A stretch of 24,000 bases of DNA, taken from assembly GCF_000931465.1 (NCBI RefSeq), contig NZ_CP010892.1:2479388-2503387 (forward strand). Direction: 5' to 3'. The translations under genes were made by a program, and so were the position numbers. Under the pieces are notes generated by a model. That model made no database searches, was not told where the DNA came from, and saw nothing but the letters and a program-made list of their open reading frames with translations. Position 1 is the stretch's first letter. Every line of letters starts with the position of its first letter. This DNA comes from Pseudomonas sp. MRSN 12121 (GTDB lineage: Bacteria; Pseudomonadota; Gammaproteobacteria; Pseudomonadales; Pseudomonadaceae). Below, piece after piece: positions 14,522 to 23,456 of this stretch.

Positions 14522-15865
14522 ATGTACGACAGGGAAGCACTGATAGCGGTCCCGCCCAGCTGGCATGACCAGTTGAGCGATTACGAAGCCCGCCGCGTGC
14601 GGGAGGTGATGGACTCACTGGACAGGCACAGTGCCTGGCTGGAACTGAGCCGCTTCGGCAACGGTTTTGTGCGGCAGGCGGCGGTACGCGGGTTGGCCGT
14701 GCAGCCTTCGGCAGAGGCCCTGGCCGCTTTGCTGGAGCGCCTCAACGATTGGGTGCCCCAGGTCCGCCAGGAGGCCGCTGCGGCCGTCGAGGGTTATCTG
14801 GTGCCGGAGCATGCGGGCCTGCTGTTGCAGAACCTGGTGCCGCTGCTGACCCTGGCCGGCAAGCAGCGTGCGGACCATGGCGCCACCCTGGCCAGGGCCC
14901 GCTCGGTGTTGCAACTGCCCCAGGTCCGGGCTGAGGTCGAACGTGCCTTTGGCGCGTCTTTGGGCAAGGCGGCGCGTTTTGTCTTCGAGCTGTTGCTGGA
15001 AGGCGCGCCAGACCGTGCCGGGTTGCTGGCGATGGCGTTGCGGCACCGGGATGTCAGTGTCCAGCAGATGGCGGTGGATGCCTGTGCCGGGTTGCCCGGC
15101 GGGCAGGCGGTGCCGTTGCTGGAGGAGGTGCTGCAGCGCTGCAGCGCCAGCGTTCGGGTCAAGGCTCTGCGGCTGTTGTTGCCGTTGCTGGCCGACCCCG
15201 GCGCGCCTCTGCGCCAGGGGTTGCTCGACCCTTCGGCAGCCATGCGTTGCCTGGCACTCTGGGCGGCCCCGCGGTATGGGCTGGACCCGCACGCAGTGCT
15301 GCAGGCCCGGTTGCTCGAGCCGGCGCCGCGGAACAAGCGTGGATGGCTGGGCCTGCTGGGGCTGGTCAAGGAACTGCAGGAGCTCCGGGCCGACGCCATG
15401 GTGCAACAGGCCCTGGCCTCGCCGGCGCCGAGCGTGCGTCTGCTGGCACTGCAGGTCCTCGACGAGCGGGGCCCGTCCGAGCAGCTCGCGGCCCTGGACG
15501 ACCCGGCGGACAAGGTCTTCAACGCTGCCCTGAGCCTGTTGCACAGGCAGCCGTGGGCGGTGTTCGAGCCGGCCCTGGAGCAGCGTCTGGACCAGCATTG
15601 GCATGCGCTGCCAGCAGCGCGTCGCCAGGCCATGCTGGGGCTCAAGCCCGGTTGGCGCCAGGTGCAATACCTGCTGCATCGCCTGGATCGGGCGGACAGT
15701 GACGCCGGCTACTGGCGCGAGACCCTGGCCCGTTGGTGCGATGCCCGCTATGTGATGTTCGACCCGGTGACTCCCAAGCCTGTGCGCGAGCAGCTGGCGC
15801 AGCGGTTACGGGTCATGGAAGAGGCCGGCGAACTGCCGCCGGGGTCGGTCAAGCGCCTGCTGTGA
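14522..15865 (+). CDS. HEAT-repeat (PBS-lyase-like) alpha-solenoid protein of unknown function
   Basis: 447 aa. Its start lies 4 nt after the rtcB stop, with an AAGGGG Shine-Dalgarno-like sequence upstream, and GC3 is high. It is Leu/Ala-rich with recurring motifs of the type xVRxxAxxxL (VRQAAVRGLA, VRQEAAAAVEGYL, VSVQQMAVDACAGL, VRVKALRLLLPLL, VRLLALQVL). No catalytic motif was recognised. Confidence 0.7.
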   Translation: MYDREALIAVPPSWHDQLSDYEARRVREVMDSLDRHSAWLELSRFGNGFVRQAAVRGLAVQPSAEALAALLERLNDWVPQVRQEAAAAVEGYLVPEHAGLLLQNLVPLLTLAGKQRADHGATLARARSVLQLPQVRAEVERAFGASLGKAARFVFELLLEGAPDRAGLLAMALRHRDVSVQQMAVDACAGLPGGQAVPLLEEVLQRCSASVRVKALRLLLPLLADPGAPLRQGLLDPSAAMRCLALWAAPRYGLDPHAVLQARLLEPAPRNKRGWLGLLGLVKELQELRADAMVQQALASPAPSVRLLALQVLDERGPSEQLAALDDPADKVFNAALSLLHRQPWAVFEPALEQRLDQHWHALPAARRQAMLGLKPGWRQVQYLLHRLDRADSDAGYWRETLARWCDARYVMFDPVTPKPVREQLAQRLRVMEEAGELPPGSVKRLL

Positions 15866-15938
15866 ACAAGATTGCAGGTGGACGATCAGGCAAGCGTTGC
15901 CGGTGCCGGCGACCACCGATTGAAAAGGACAAGGAACA

Positions 15939-16727
15939 ATGCAACACCATGAACCCCACCCGCTGGACAGCGCGATGCGCGAGCGGGTACTGAGCGAGCT
16001 GGCGCGGATCGAGCGCGAGCGCAATGTGCGGGTGCTGTATGCCTGCGAATCCGGTAGCCGGGCCTGGGGCTTCGCCTCCACCGACAGCGATTACGACGTG
16101 CGTTTCGTCTATGTGGAAAAGCCCGAGTGGTTCATCCAGGTGGACCCCGGTCGGGATGTGATTGAGCGTCCCCTGGACGACGAGCTGGACGTCAGCGGCT
16201 GGGAGCTGCGCAAGACCCTCGGGCTGTTGCGCAAGTCCAACCCGACCCTGCTGGAGTGGCTGGATTCGCCCCTGGTGTATCGCAGTGAGCCGGCGGCCAC
16301 CGCGCGCCTGCGCGAGCTGGCCGAGGCGTTCTACAGCCCGCCGGCGGCGCGCAATCATTATCTGTCGATGGCCAGGAAGAATTTTCGCGGTTATCTGCAA
16401 GGCGACAGCGTGCGCTTCAAGAAGTACTTCTACGTGCTCCGGCCGTTGCTGGCGGTGCGCTGGATCGATCAGGGCCGCGGCCGGCCGCCGATGACCTTCG
16501 CCGAGCTGCTGGACACTGTCGACCATCGGCCGCTGCTGGACGAAGTGGATGAGTTGCTGGCCTTGAAGCGCAATGCCGACGAGTCCGCCTACGGGCCACG
16601 GCGAACGGCGCTGCATGCCTTTATCGCCGCCGAACTGGAACGCCCGGTGCCGAAGCTGCCGCGCACCCATCAAGACAATGCGTGGCTGGACGCCTACTTG
16701 CGAGAAACCGTCCGGCACTACGCCTGA
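15939..16727 (+). CDS. Pol-beta-superfamily nucleotidyltransferase (RlaP / PF10127-like, RtcB-associated)
   Basis: 262 aa, with AAGGA upstream of the ATG. The motif CESGSRAWGFASTDSDYDV matches the G[SG]-x(9-13)-DxD minimal nucleotidyltransferase signature. The RlaP family name is from my recollection of comparative-genomic literature and is not verified here. Confidence 0.75.
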   Translation: MQHHEPHPLDSAMRERVLSELARIERERNVRVLYACESGSRAWGFASTDSDYDVRFVYVEKPEWFIQVDPGRDVIERPLDDELDVSGWELRKTLGLLRKSNPTLLEWLDSPLVYRSEPAATARLRELAEAFYSPPAARNHYLSMARKNFRGYLQGDSVRFKKYFYVLRPLLAVRWIDQGRGRPPMTFAELLDTVDHRPLLDEVDELLALKRNADESAYGPRRTALHAFIAAELERPVPKLPRTHQDNAWLDAYLRETVRHYA

Positions 16728-16735
16728 GGAGCCTC

Positions 16736-17779
16736 ATGAAACAGGACGTCATCGAACTGGACGGCGCCATCGGCGGCGGCCAGGTACTGCGCAGTGCCCT
16801 GAGCTTGTCGATGCTCACCGGCAAAACCCTGCGGATTCACAACATACGGGCCCGGCGCGCCCGCCCGGGGCTGCTGCGCCAGCACCTGACCGCGGTACAG
16901 GCGGCCGCGCAGATCAGCGGGGCCAGGGTCCTGGGCGCCGAGCTGGGTTCCCGGGCGCTGACCTTCGAGCCGGGGCCGATTCGCGGCGGCGACTACCGCT
17001 TCGCCATCGGCACCGCCGGCAGCTGCACCCTGGTGTTGCAGACGCTGCTGCCGGCCTTGCTCCAGGCGCCGCAGCCGAGCCGCGTGAGCATCAGCGGCGG
17101 CACCCACAACCCCCTGGCGCCGCCGGTGGATTTCCTCCAGCAGGCTTGGCTGCCGCTACTGCGGCGCATGGGTGCACGGGTGGAATTGCAACTGCTGCGC
17201 CACGGTTTCGTTCCCGCTGGCGGCGGTGAGCTGGAGGCGTTCATCCAGCCGTCGACGCTGCACCCTTTGCACCTGGAACAGCGTGGCGCCGTGCTCGGAC
17301 GCCGGGCCTGGGCCTTGAGTGCCGGCTTGCCCGCGCATGTGGCGGAACGCGAGTTGCAGCGGGTTGGCCAGCGCCTGGATCTGCCGGCGGAACACCTGAG
17401 CCCGGTGCATCTGGAGGAACAATGTGGCCCGGGCAACGTGTTATTGCTGGCGTTCGCCTGCGAGCACCTGACCGAAGTGTTCAGCGGTTTCGGCCAGAGC
17501 AGCCAGCGCGCGGAAAGCGTGGCCGACGGTGCCATCGACCAGGCCCGGGACTGGCTGGACTCCGGCGTCGCAGTAGCGGAGCACCTGGCCGATCAACTGC
17601 TGCTACCCATGGCCCTGGCCGGTGGTGGAAGCTTCACCACCCCACGCATGAGCGAGCACCTGCAAAGCAATATCCGGGTGATCGAGGCGTTTTTGCCGGT
17701 GCGTATCGACTGTTCGGCGCACTCCCGGGAAGTCCTGCGGGTCGAGGTTCTGCCAATCGCCCCCTGGCGTCTAAGCTAG
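16736..17779 (+). CDS. rtcA: RNA 3'-terminal phosphate cyclase RtcA
   Basis: The start is reset to ATG 16736, with GAGGA 5 nt upstream and 8 nt after the previous stop. The 347-aa protein is collinear with E. coli RtcA as recalled (GGGQVLRSALSLSMLTG, RPGLLRQHLTAV, GGDYRFAIGTAGSCTLVLQTLLPAL, LLRHGFVPAGGG, EHLADQLLLPMALAG). Confidence 0.93.
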   Translation: MKQDVIELDGAIGGGQVLRSALSLSMLTGKTLRIHNIRARRARPGLLRQHLTAVQAAAQISGARVLGAELGSRALTFEPGPIRGGDYRFAIGTAGSCTLVLQTLLPALLQAPQPSRVSISGGTHNPLAPPVDFLQQAWLPLLRRMGARVELQLLRHGFVPAGGGELEAFIQPSTLHPLHLEQRGAVLGRRAWALSAGLPAHVAERELQRVGQRLDLPAEHLSPVHLEEQCGPGNVLLLAFACEHLTEVFSGFGQSSQRAESVADGAIDQARDWLDSGVAVAEHLADQLLLPMALAGGGSFTTPRMSEHLQSNIRVIEAFLPVRIDCSAHSREVLRVEVLPIAPWRLS

Positions 17780-17860
17780 CGCCTTGCGGATTTCCAGCAG
17801 GGAAGTGAACGAGCGGCGCAGTTCGCCGGTCGCAAGATGCAGTCAACCGAGGAAATGCTC

Positions 17861-18490
17861 ATGTATCAGCTTTATGGGTCCCAGGGCTCCGGCTCGGCGA
17901 TTGTCGAGATCGCCCTCGAACAGTGCCAGGTGCCGTATCGCATCGTCGAAGCCGCGTCCTGGAAGCCATCGCCCGGGGCCGACGAGCTGGCGCGGCTCAA
18001 CCCCTTGCAGCAGATTCCAACCCTGCAACTGCCCGATGGCAGCGTATTGACCGAGAGCGCGGCGATCCTGATCGAGCTGGGCTTGCGGCACCCGCGGTCG
18101 GCGCTGCTGCCCGAGGATGAGGCGGCCCGCGCGCAGGCCATTCGCGGGCTGGTGTATATCGCCGCCAACTGTTACTCGGCGATCGGCATCATCGATTACC
18201 CGGAGCGCTGGCTGCAGGACGCCGACGAGTCGGCGAGGGCGCGCTTGCGCGACTCGGTCCGTGAGCGCCTGCATTATCACTGGAAGCTGTTCGCCGATCA
18301 GTTTTCGGCCTGCTTGTATGCCAGCGGATCCCCCTTGGCGGCCCTGGATTTCCAGGCGGCGGTGGTGTCGCGCTGGTCCGGCGCGCGCGACTGTCTGCGG
18401 CGCGAGCGGCCCGGCTTCTGCGACGTGCTGGAGCGGATCGACCGCCATCCGCAGGTCGCGCCGGTGCTGGCGCGGCACTGGCCGGACTGA
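17861..18490 (+). CDS. Glutathione S-transferase family protein
   Basis: The start is chosen at ATG 17861, 8 nt after GAGGA. The N-terminal thioredoxin-like GST fold is visible in MYQLYG..., NPLQQIPTLQLPDGSVLTESAAILIEL. The in-frame ATGs at 17837 and 17855 are less well spaced. Confidence 0.8.
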   Translation: MYQLYGSQGSGSAIVEIALEQCQVPYRIVEAASWKPSPGADELARLNPLQQIPTLQLPDGSVLTESAAILIELGLRHPRSALLPEDEAARAQAIRGLVYIAANCYSAIGIIDYPERWLQDADESARARLRDSVRERLHYHWKLFADQFSACLYASGSPLAALDFQAAVVSRWSGARDCLRRERPGFCDVLERIDRHPQVAPVLARHWPD

Positions 18491-18584
18491 ACGCGGCAGG
18501 CCCCGGGCGAGAAAAGCCTTCTAGGCTCGGGCCCCGGGCTCTATATACTCGCCGGCTTTACGTTCATTTCCGGGAGGGCCCGCC

Positions 18585-18878
18585 GTGGCCGACGAAGCAG
18601 ATCAGGATTTCTACAACCGTGCCGACGCCATCATCGAACTGGCCAATGCCCATATCGGCGACAGCAGCCGCGGCAAGGCCAGCGCTTCGCTGATGTACGC
18701 CAACTCGCGTTTCGCCGCCTGGGTCAGCGCCTGCGGTTGTCGCGATGCGGCGGAACTGGCGGCCAACAAGCAACAGGCCGTGGACTATTTCGTCAACGAG
18801 TTCCGCCTGATGCTGGAAGAGAACCTGACCGACTACATCGAGAATTTCGGCGTCTACATGACGCGTCAGGACAGCTGA
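18585..18878 (+). CDS. DUF3144-like small protein
   Basis: 97 aa, with a GTG start 6 nt after GGGAGG. The pattern FYNRADAIIELANAH...ASASLMYANSRFAAWV recalls DUF3144 proteins. The family name is from memory. Confidence 0.65.
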   Translation: MADEADQDFYNRADAIIELANAHIGDSSRGKASASLMYANSRFAAWVSACGCRDAAELAANKQQAVDYFVNEFRLMLEENLTDYIENFGVYMTRQDS

Positions 18879-18883
18879 AAAGC

Positions 18884-18952
18884 ATCGCGGGCAAGCTCCG
18901 CTCCTACAGAAGTTCACTGTCTTCTTCTGTAGGAGCGGAGCTTGCCCGCGAT
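18884..18952. repeat. REP-type perfect inverted repeat (29-bp arms, 11-nt loop)
   Basis: ATCGCGGGCAAGCTCCGCTCCTACAGAAG (18884-18912) is the exact reverse complement of CTTCTGTAGGAGCGGAGCTTGCCCGCGAT (18924-18952). It lies between the convergent stops at 18878 and 18986. Confidence 0.9.
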
Positions 18953-18985
18953 AGCGTCAGTGGCATCGCCGCCCAACAAGCCGGC

Positions 18986-20224
18986 TTACAACCCCATCTC
19001 CAACTCCAGCAGATCCGCCAGCGGCTGGCGGCGGCGGATCAGTTTCGCCTGCCCATCCTCGAACAGCACCTCCGGCAGCAGCGGCCGGCTGTTGTAGTTG
19101 GAGGACATGCTGGCGCCATAGGCGCCGGTGTCGTGGATCACCAGCAGGTCGCCGACCCGGGCCTGGGGCAGCAGTTGTGGGGTCAGGCTGTCGTCGTCCT
19201 GGGTGAAGATATCGCCGGATTCGCACAGCGGGCCGCCGACCACCGTGGGTCGCCGTTCCCGCTGTACCGCCTGGCCGTCGGCGTCGATCAGGCTCATGGC
19301 GTGGTAGGCACCGTACATGGCCGGGCGCATCAGGTCGTTGAAGCCGGTGTCGGCCAGGACGAAGTGATGGTTGCCCGCGTCCTTCACCACCCGCACTTCG
19401 CTGACCAGGCAGCCGGCCTCGGCCACCAGGAAGCGCCCGGGTTCGATTTCCATGCGCACGCCATGGCCGAGCCAGGCTTCGATTTCCTCGCGGGCCTGGC
19501 GCCAGGCATTGGCGTAGCGGCGCACATCCACCGGCTCGTCGCCGGCGCGGTAGGGGGTGGACAGGCCGCCGCCGATGGAGAAGGCCTCGATGTCGTGGTC
19601 CAGGGACTTGACCGCCGCCACCATGGCCGCGCCGACCTGCTCCAGGTGGCCGTAGTCCACCCCGGAGCCGATGTGCATGTGCAGGCCCACCAGTTTCAGG
19701 CCGTACTGGCGGATCACCGCCAGGGCTTCACCGACCTGCTCGTGCCAGATGCCGTGCTTGCTGTTTTCCCCGCCGGTGTTGGTCTTGCGGCTGTGGCCGT
19801 GGCCGAAGCCCGGGTTGATCCGCAGCCACACCCGGTGCCCCGGGGATTTCTCGCCGAGCTGGCGCAGCATGTCGATGGAGCCGGCATTGACCTCGATATT
19901 CAGCTCGACCACCCGTTGCAGGGTGGCGCTGTCGAACAGGTCGCAGGTGAAGACGATGCCCGCAGGCGACCCCTCGGGGCTGAAGCCGGCCAGCAGCGCG
20001 CGTTCGATTTCCCCCAGGGACACCGCGTCCACCCGCACCCCGGCCTCGCGGATCAGGCGCAGCACGTGCAGGTTGGAGCAGGCTTTCTGTGCGTAGCGCA
20101 CCACGTCGAAGGCTTTCAGTTGCTGGATGCGCACCTTGATGGTCCGCGCGTCGTAGCACCACAGCGGGGTGCCGTACTGGCGAGCGGCGGCGGTCAGTTG
20201 TTCGGGAGAAAAGGGAATGGCCAT
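18986..20224 (-). CDS. lysA: Diaminopimelate decarboxylase (E. coli-type)
   Basis: The start is reset to ATG 20224 (MAIPFSPEQL...). It is collinear with E. coli LysA as recalled (FDVVRYAQKACSNLHVLRLIREAGVRVDAVSLGEIERAL, NPGFGHGHSRKTNTGGENSKHGIW, HMHIGSGVDY, GPLCESGD, YGASMSSNYNSRPLLPEVLF). Confidence 0.93.
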   Translation of the reverse strand: MAIPFSPEQLTAAARQYGTPLWCYDARTIKVRIQQLKAFDVVRYAQKACSNLHVLRLIREAGVRVDAVSLGEIERALLAGFSPEGSPAGIVFTCDLFDSATLQRVVELNIEVNAGSIDMLRQLGEKSPGHRVWLRINPGFGHGHSRKTNTGGENSKHGIWHEQVGEALAVIRQYGLKLVGLHMHIGSGVDYGHLEQVGAAMVAAVKSLDHDIEAFSIGGGLSTPYRAGDEPVDVRRYANAWRQAREEIEAWLGHGVRMEIEPGRFLVAEAGCLVSEVRVVKDAGNHHFVLADTGFNDLMRPAMYGAYHAMSLIDADGQAVQRERRPTVVGGPLCESGDIFTQDDDSLTPQLLPQARVGDLLVIHDTGAYGASMSSNYNSRPLLPEVLFEDGQAKLIRRRQPLADLLELEMGL

Positions 20225-20350
20225 GGCAATCGTCTGTGGGCGGGAAAGAGGCCTGCATGATGCCGAGGGGCGGATATTCAATAAAATATCTATTCTTTAG
20301 CTATCGATTCAGTTTTGATATGGGGCGTTTTAAGCAGAAGGAGCCGGGCA

Positions 20351-21271
20351 GTGGACATTTCCCTGCGGCACATCGAGGTATTCCGCGCCATCATGCAGGC
20401 CGGCAGCGTCACCGGCGCGGCGCGCCTGCTGTTCACCTCGCAGCCCACGGTCAGCCGCGAGCTGGCGCGCCTGGAGAGCCTCTCTGGGTTGAGTCTGTTC
20501 GACCGCGAGGGCGGCCGCCTGCTGCCCACGGCCCAGGCGATGCTGTTGCTCGAAGAGGTGGAGCGCGCCTATGTCGGCCTGGAGCGGATCAACAGCGTGG
20601 CGCAGTCGATCCGCCGTTTCGAGCACGGCCAGTTGAGCCTGACCTGCCTGCCGCTGTTTTCCCAGACCCTGCTGCCGCGGGTGTGCAAGCACTTCCAGCA
20701 ACGGCATGCCGGTATCGGCCTGAGCATCACCGCCCAGGAATCGCCCTTGCTGGAGGAGTCCCTGAGCGCCCAGCGCCATGACCTGGGCCTGACCGAAAGC
20801 GAGCACCTGCCCCGGGGCACCCAGGGCGAACTGCTGTTCAGCGCCGACATGGTGTGCATCCTGCCGGAAGGGCATCCGCTGCTGGCCCGGCCGCGGTTGC
20901 GCAGCGAGGACTTTCGCGGGGTGGACTTCATCAACCTGTCCGGCCTGGACATCTATCGCCAGACCCTCGACGAGCACTTTCGCCAGGCGGGCGTCGACCG
21001 CCGGGTGGTGATCGAAACCACCAACGCCGCCTCGGTCTGTGCCATGGTGCGCCAGCAGCTGGGGGTGGCGATCATCAACCCGCTGAGCGCCATGGAGGAG
21101 GCGGGCAGGGGCCTGGCGATCCGCCCGTTGCAACTGTCGGTGCCGTATCGGGTGATGCTGATCCGCCCGGATTACCGGCCTTCGTCGATTTTCGTCGAGG
21201 CCTTCTGCGCCTCCCTGAAGCAGGAAGCCGCGTTGCTGGCCGCCGCCCTCGAGCAGCGGCTGCGGGAATGA
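20351..21271 (+). CDS. lysR: LysR-type activator of lysA
   Basis: The start is reset to GTG 20351, 8 nt after AAGGAG. It is collinear with E. coli LysR as recalled (LRHIEVFRAIMQAGS, TSQPTVSRELARLE, ESPLLEESLSAQRHDLGLTE, ASVCAMVR). It is divergent from lysA. Confidence 0.88.
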   Translation: MDISLRHIEVFRAIMQAGSVTGAARLLFTSQPTVSRELARLESLSGLSLFDREGGRLLPTAQAMLLLEEVERAYVGLERINSVAQSIRRFEHGQLSLTCLPLFSQTLLPRVCKHFQQRHAGIGLSITAQESPLLEESLSAQRHDLGLTESEHLPRGTQGELLFSADMVCILPEGHPLLARPRLRSEDFRGVDFINLSGLDIYRQTLDEHFRQAGVDRRVVIETTNAASVCAMVRQQLGVAIINPLSAMEEAGRGLAIRPLQLSVPYRVMLIRPDYRPSSIFVEAFCASLKQEAALLAAALEQRLRE

Positions 21272-21346
21272 GGGCGGCGCGGCCGCCGTTGCGTGCCCGG
21301 GCCTGAAACGCCCGGGATCGGTTGTTCACCTTGAGGGATATCTGTC

Positions 21347-22552
21347 ATGTCGGAGCCTGTCATTCGCGATACCGCCCAGCCCGCGAGCCGCGGCATTCCG
21401 CGCACCGTCTGGGCGCTGGGCTTCGTCAGCCTGTTCATGGACCTGTCTTCGGAACTGGTGCACAGCCTGTTGCCGGTGTACATGGTCGGCACGCTGGGGG
21501 TCAGCATGCTGATGGTCGGCATCATCGAGGGCGTGGCGGAGGCCACGGCGCTGATCGTGAAAGTCTTTTCCGGCGCGCTCAGCGACTTCATCGGCCGGCG
21601 CAAGGGCCTGTTGCTGCTGGGCTACGGCCTGGCGGCGCTGACCAAGCCGCTGTTCCCGCTGGCGTCCTCGGCGGACCTGGTGTTCGGCGCGCGCCTGCTG
21701 GACCGCATCGGCAAGGGCATCCGCGGCGCGCCCCGGGATGCCCTGGTGGCGGATGTGGCGCCCCCGGAGATCCGCGGCGCCTGCTTCGGCCTGCGCCAGT
21801 CGATGGACACGGTCGGGGCGTTTCTCGGGCCGATCCTGGCCATCGGCCTGATGCTGGTGCTGGCCAACGATATCTCCCAGGTGCTGTGGCTGGCGGTGAT
21901 CCCCGCGGCGATCGCCGTGGCCCTGCTGGTCTTCGGCATTCGCGAGCCCGGGCATGAGGCCCGGCCCAGGGGGTTCCGCTCGCCGCTGAGCTGGGCCTCG
22001 CTGGGGCGTTTCTCCTCGGCCTACTGGTGGGTGGTGGGCATCGGCGCGGCCTTCACCCTGGCGCGCTTCAGCGAGGCGTTCCTGATCCTGCGGGCCCAGC
22101 AACTGGGCTTTTCGGCCACCTGGGTGCCGCTGGTGATGGTGGTCATGGCCGGCTTCTACATGGTCTCGGCCTATCCGGTCGGCAAATGGTCGGATCGTGT
22201 CAGCCGCACGGCCTTGCTCAGTGTCGGCTTGCTGTTGCTGATCGGCGCCGACCTGGTGCTGGCCCAGGCGCAGTCGGTGCCCATGGTGCTGCTCGGCGTC
22301 GCCCTGTGGGGCCTGCACATGGGCTTCAGCCAGGGCATCCTCGCCACGCTGGTGGCCGACACCACGCCCGCCGATCTCAAGGGCACCGCCTTCGGCGTGT
22401 TCAACCTGCTGAGCGGGCTGGCCCTGCTGCTGGCCAGCGTGATCGCCGGCTGGCTGTGGCAGGCCCATGGCGCGGCGCTGGCGTTCTACACGGGGGCGGG
22501 GTTTGCGGCGTTGTCGCTGTTGTTGCTGATGGCCAAGCCGAAGTCGCAGTGA
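21347..22552 (+). CDS. MFS transporter
   Basis: 401 aa with about 12 predicted hydrophobic segments. It has the MFS loop motif GALSDFIGRRKG between TM2 and TM3 and a second copy of the pattern (GKWSDRVSR) in the C-terminal half. Confidence 0.85.
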   Translation: MSEPVIRDTAQPASRGIPRTVWALGFVSLFMDLSSELVHSLLPVYMVGTLGVSMLMVGIIEGVAEATALIVKVFSGALSDFIGRRKGLLLLGYGLAALTKPLFPLASSADLVFGARLLDRIGKGIRGAPRDALVADVAPPEIRGACFGLRQSMDTVGAFLGPILAIGLMLVLANDISQVLWLAVIPAAIAVALLVFGIREPGHEARPRGFRSPLSWASLGRFSSAYWWVVGIGAAFTLARFSEAFLILRAQQLGFSATWVPLVMVVMAGFYMVSAYPVGKWSDRVSRTALLSVGLLLLIGADLVLAQAQSVPMVLLGVALWGLHMGFSQGILATLVADTTPADLKGTAFGVFNLLSGLALLLASVIAGWLWQAHGAALAFYTGAGFAALSLLLLMAKPKSQ

Positions 22553-22566
22553 CAGGCCGCCGGTGC

Positions 22567-23175
22567 TTACTGCTCGGCCCCTGTCTTGGCGGGGGTGTCG
22601 GGCTGGTCGGCCGACAGGCTCCAGACGATGGAGGTCAGGATCCCCAGGTCCAGCAGCAGGGCCTGTGAGCGCAGGACCTTGCGCAAGGCCGGGTAGTCGG
22701 CCCGGGTCGCCTTGAAACTGGATTTTTCCAGGACATAGAGATGGCGGGTCACTGCCTTGACCGCCAGCTCGGCCAGTTCCTTTTCGGTGGTGGGCCTGGC
22801 GATGTCCATCTCCTTCAAGCGCTCCTGGAATGCGGCAAGGGCGTCTTGGTCCCGGTCGTCTCCGGGCGGGTAGGCGATCTTTCGGTCGGGCGCGATCTCG
22901 CTGACGTTCTTGAACAGGGCGATGGACTCGTTGAAGTGTTGCAGGGCCGCGGCCTTGGCTTCGGTGGCATGGGGGGCGTCCTTGAGTTCGAGATACATCA
23001 GCATTTCGTGGGATTTCTGAAACCCGCGGTGCAGCTCGGCGCCGGCATTGGCCGAGAGTTTCTCGAGTTCTTTGCGGTTCGCGTCGAAGGACGGGCCGGC
23101 CATGGCCTGGAGGCTGACCAGCCCGGCCAGGCATAGCGCCACGCCTGCGCGGAACAGGGGGTGGATCAGGCGCAT
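22567..23175 (-). CDS. Secreted/periplasmic hypothetical protein
   Basis: 202 aa, with GAGGAG upstream of the ATG. It has a signal peptide MRLIHPLFRAGVALCLAGLVSLQAMA followed by a predicted helical, charged body. No family was recognised. Confidence 0.6.
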   Translation of the reverse strand: MRLIHPLFRAGVALCLAGLVSLQAMAGPSFDANRKELEKLSANAGAELHRGFQKSHEMLMYLELKDAPHATEAKAAALQHFNESIALFKNVSEIAPDRKIAYPPGDDRDQDALAAFQERLKEMDIARPTTEKELAELAVKAVTRHLYVLEKSSFKATRADYPALRKVLRSQALLLDLGILTSIVWSLSADQPDTPAKTGAEQ

Positions 23176-23456
23176 GTTCTGCTCCTCGTTATCGGGTTAC
23201 AGGCACCGCGATCGACAGCCTGCGCACGGCGTGGGGCTGTTTCAGTCGTGAGTCAGTGGATGGTCAGGGTGGGAAATACAGGGGCTGGCCAGCCGCATGA
23301 GTTGAATGTAGCTGACGGCGAGGGGGCTGCCAGTGGTGGCCGTTCGGCGGTTGCCGGGCCAGGAAGGAGCCCGGCGCACGAGACCGTGCGCCGGGGGTGT
23401 TGCCGGCCGGCCGGCGGATGTCGTGGGTCCGAAGGCCGGTCGGGGAACGCGGTGGG

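Noticed and set aside
9239-17779. The rtcR-rsr-rtcB-rtcA block could have been a mobile island or a phage-defence cassette.
   Set aside because: No integrase, transposase, tRNA-gene attachment site or direct repeats flank it within the window. Apart from the AT-rich promoter, its base composition matches the surrounding genes. Mobility or a defence role cannot be supported from this sequence alone.
23370-23395. This is the hairpin CCCGGCGCAC-GAGACC-GTGCGCCGGG, considered as the terminator of the thiolase gene.
   Set aside because: It is a good 10-bp stem about 60 nt downstream of the minus-strand stop, but neither side has a U-tract. The support is too weak to list it as a terminator feature.
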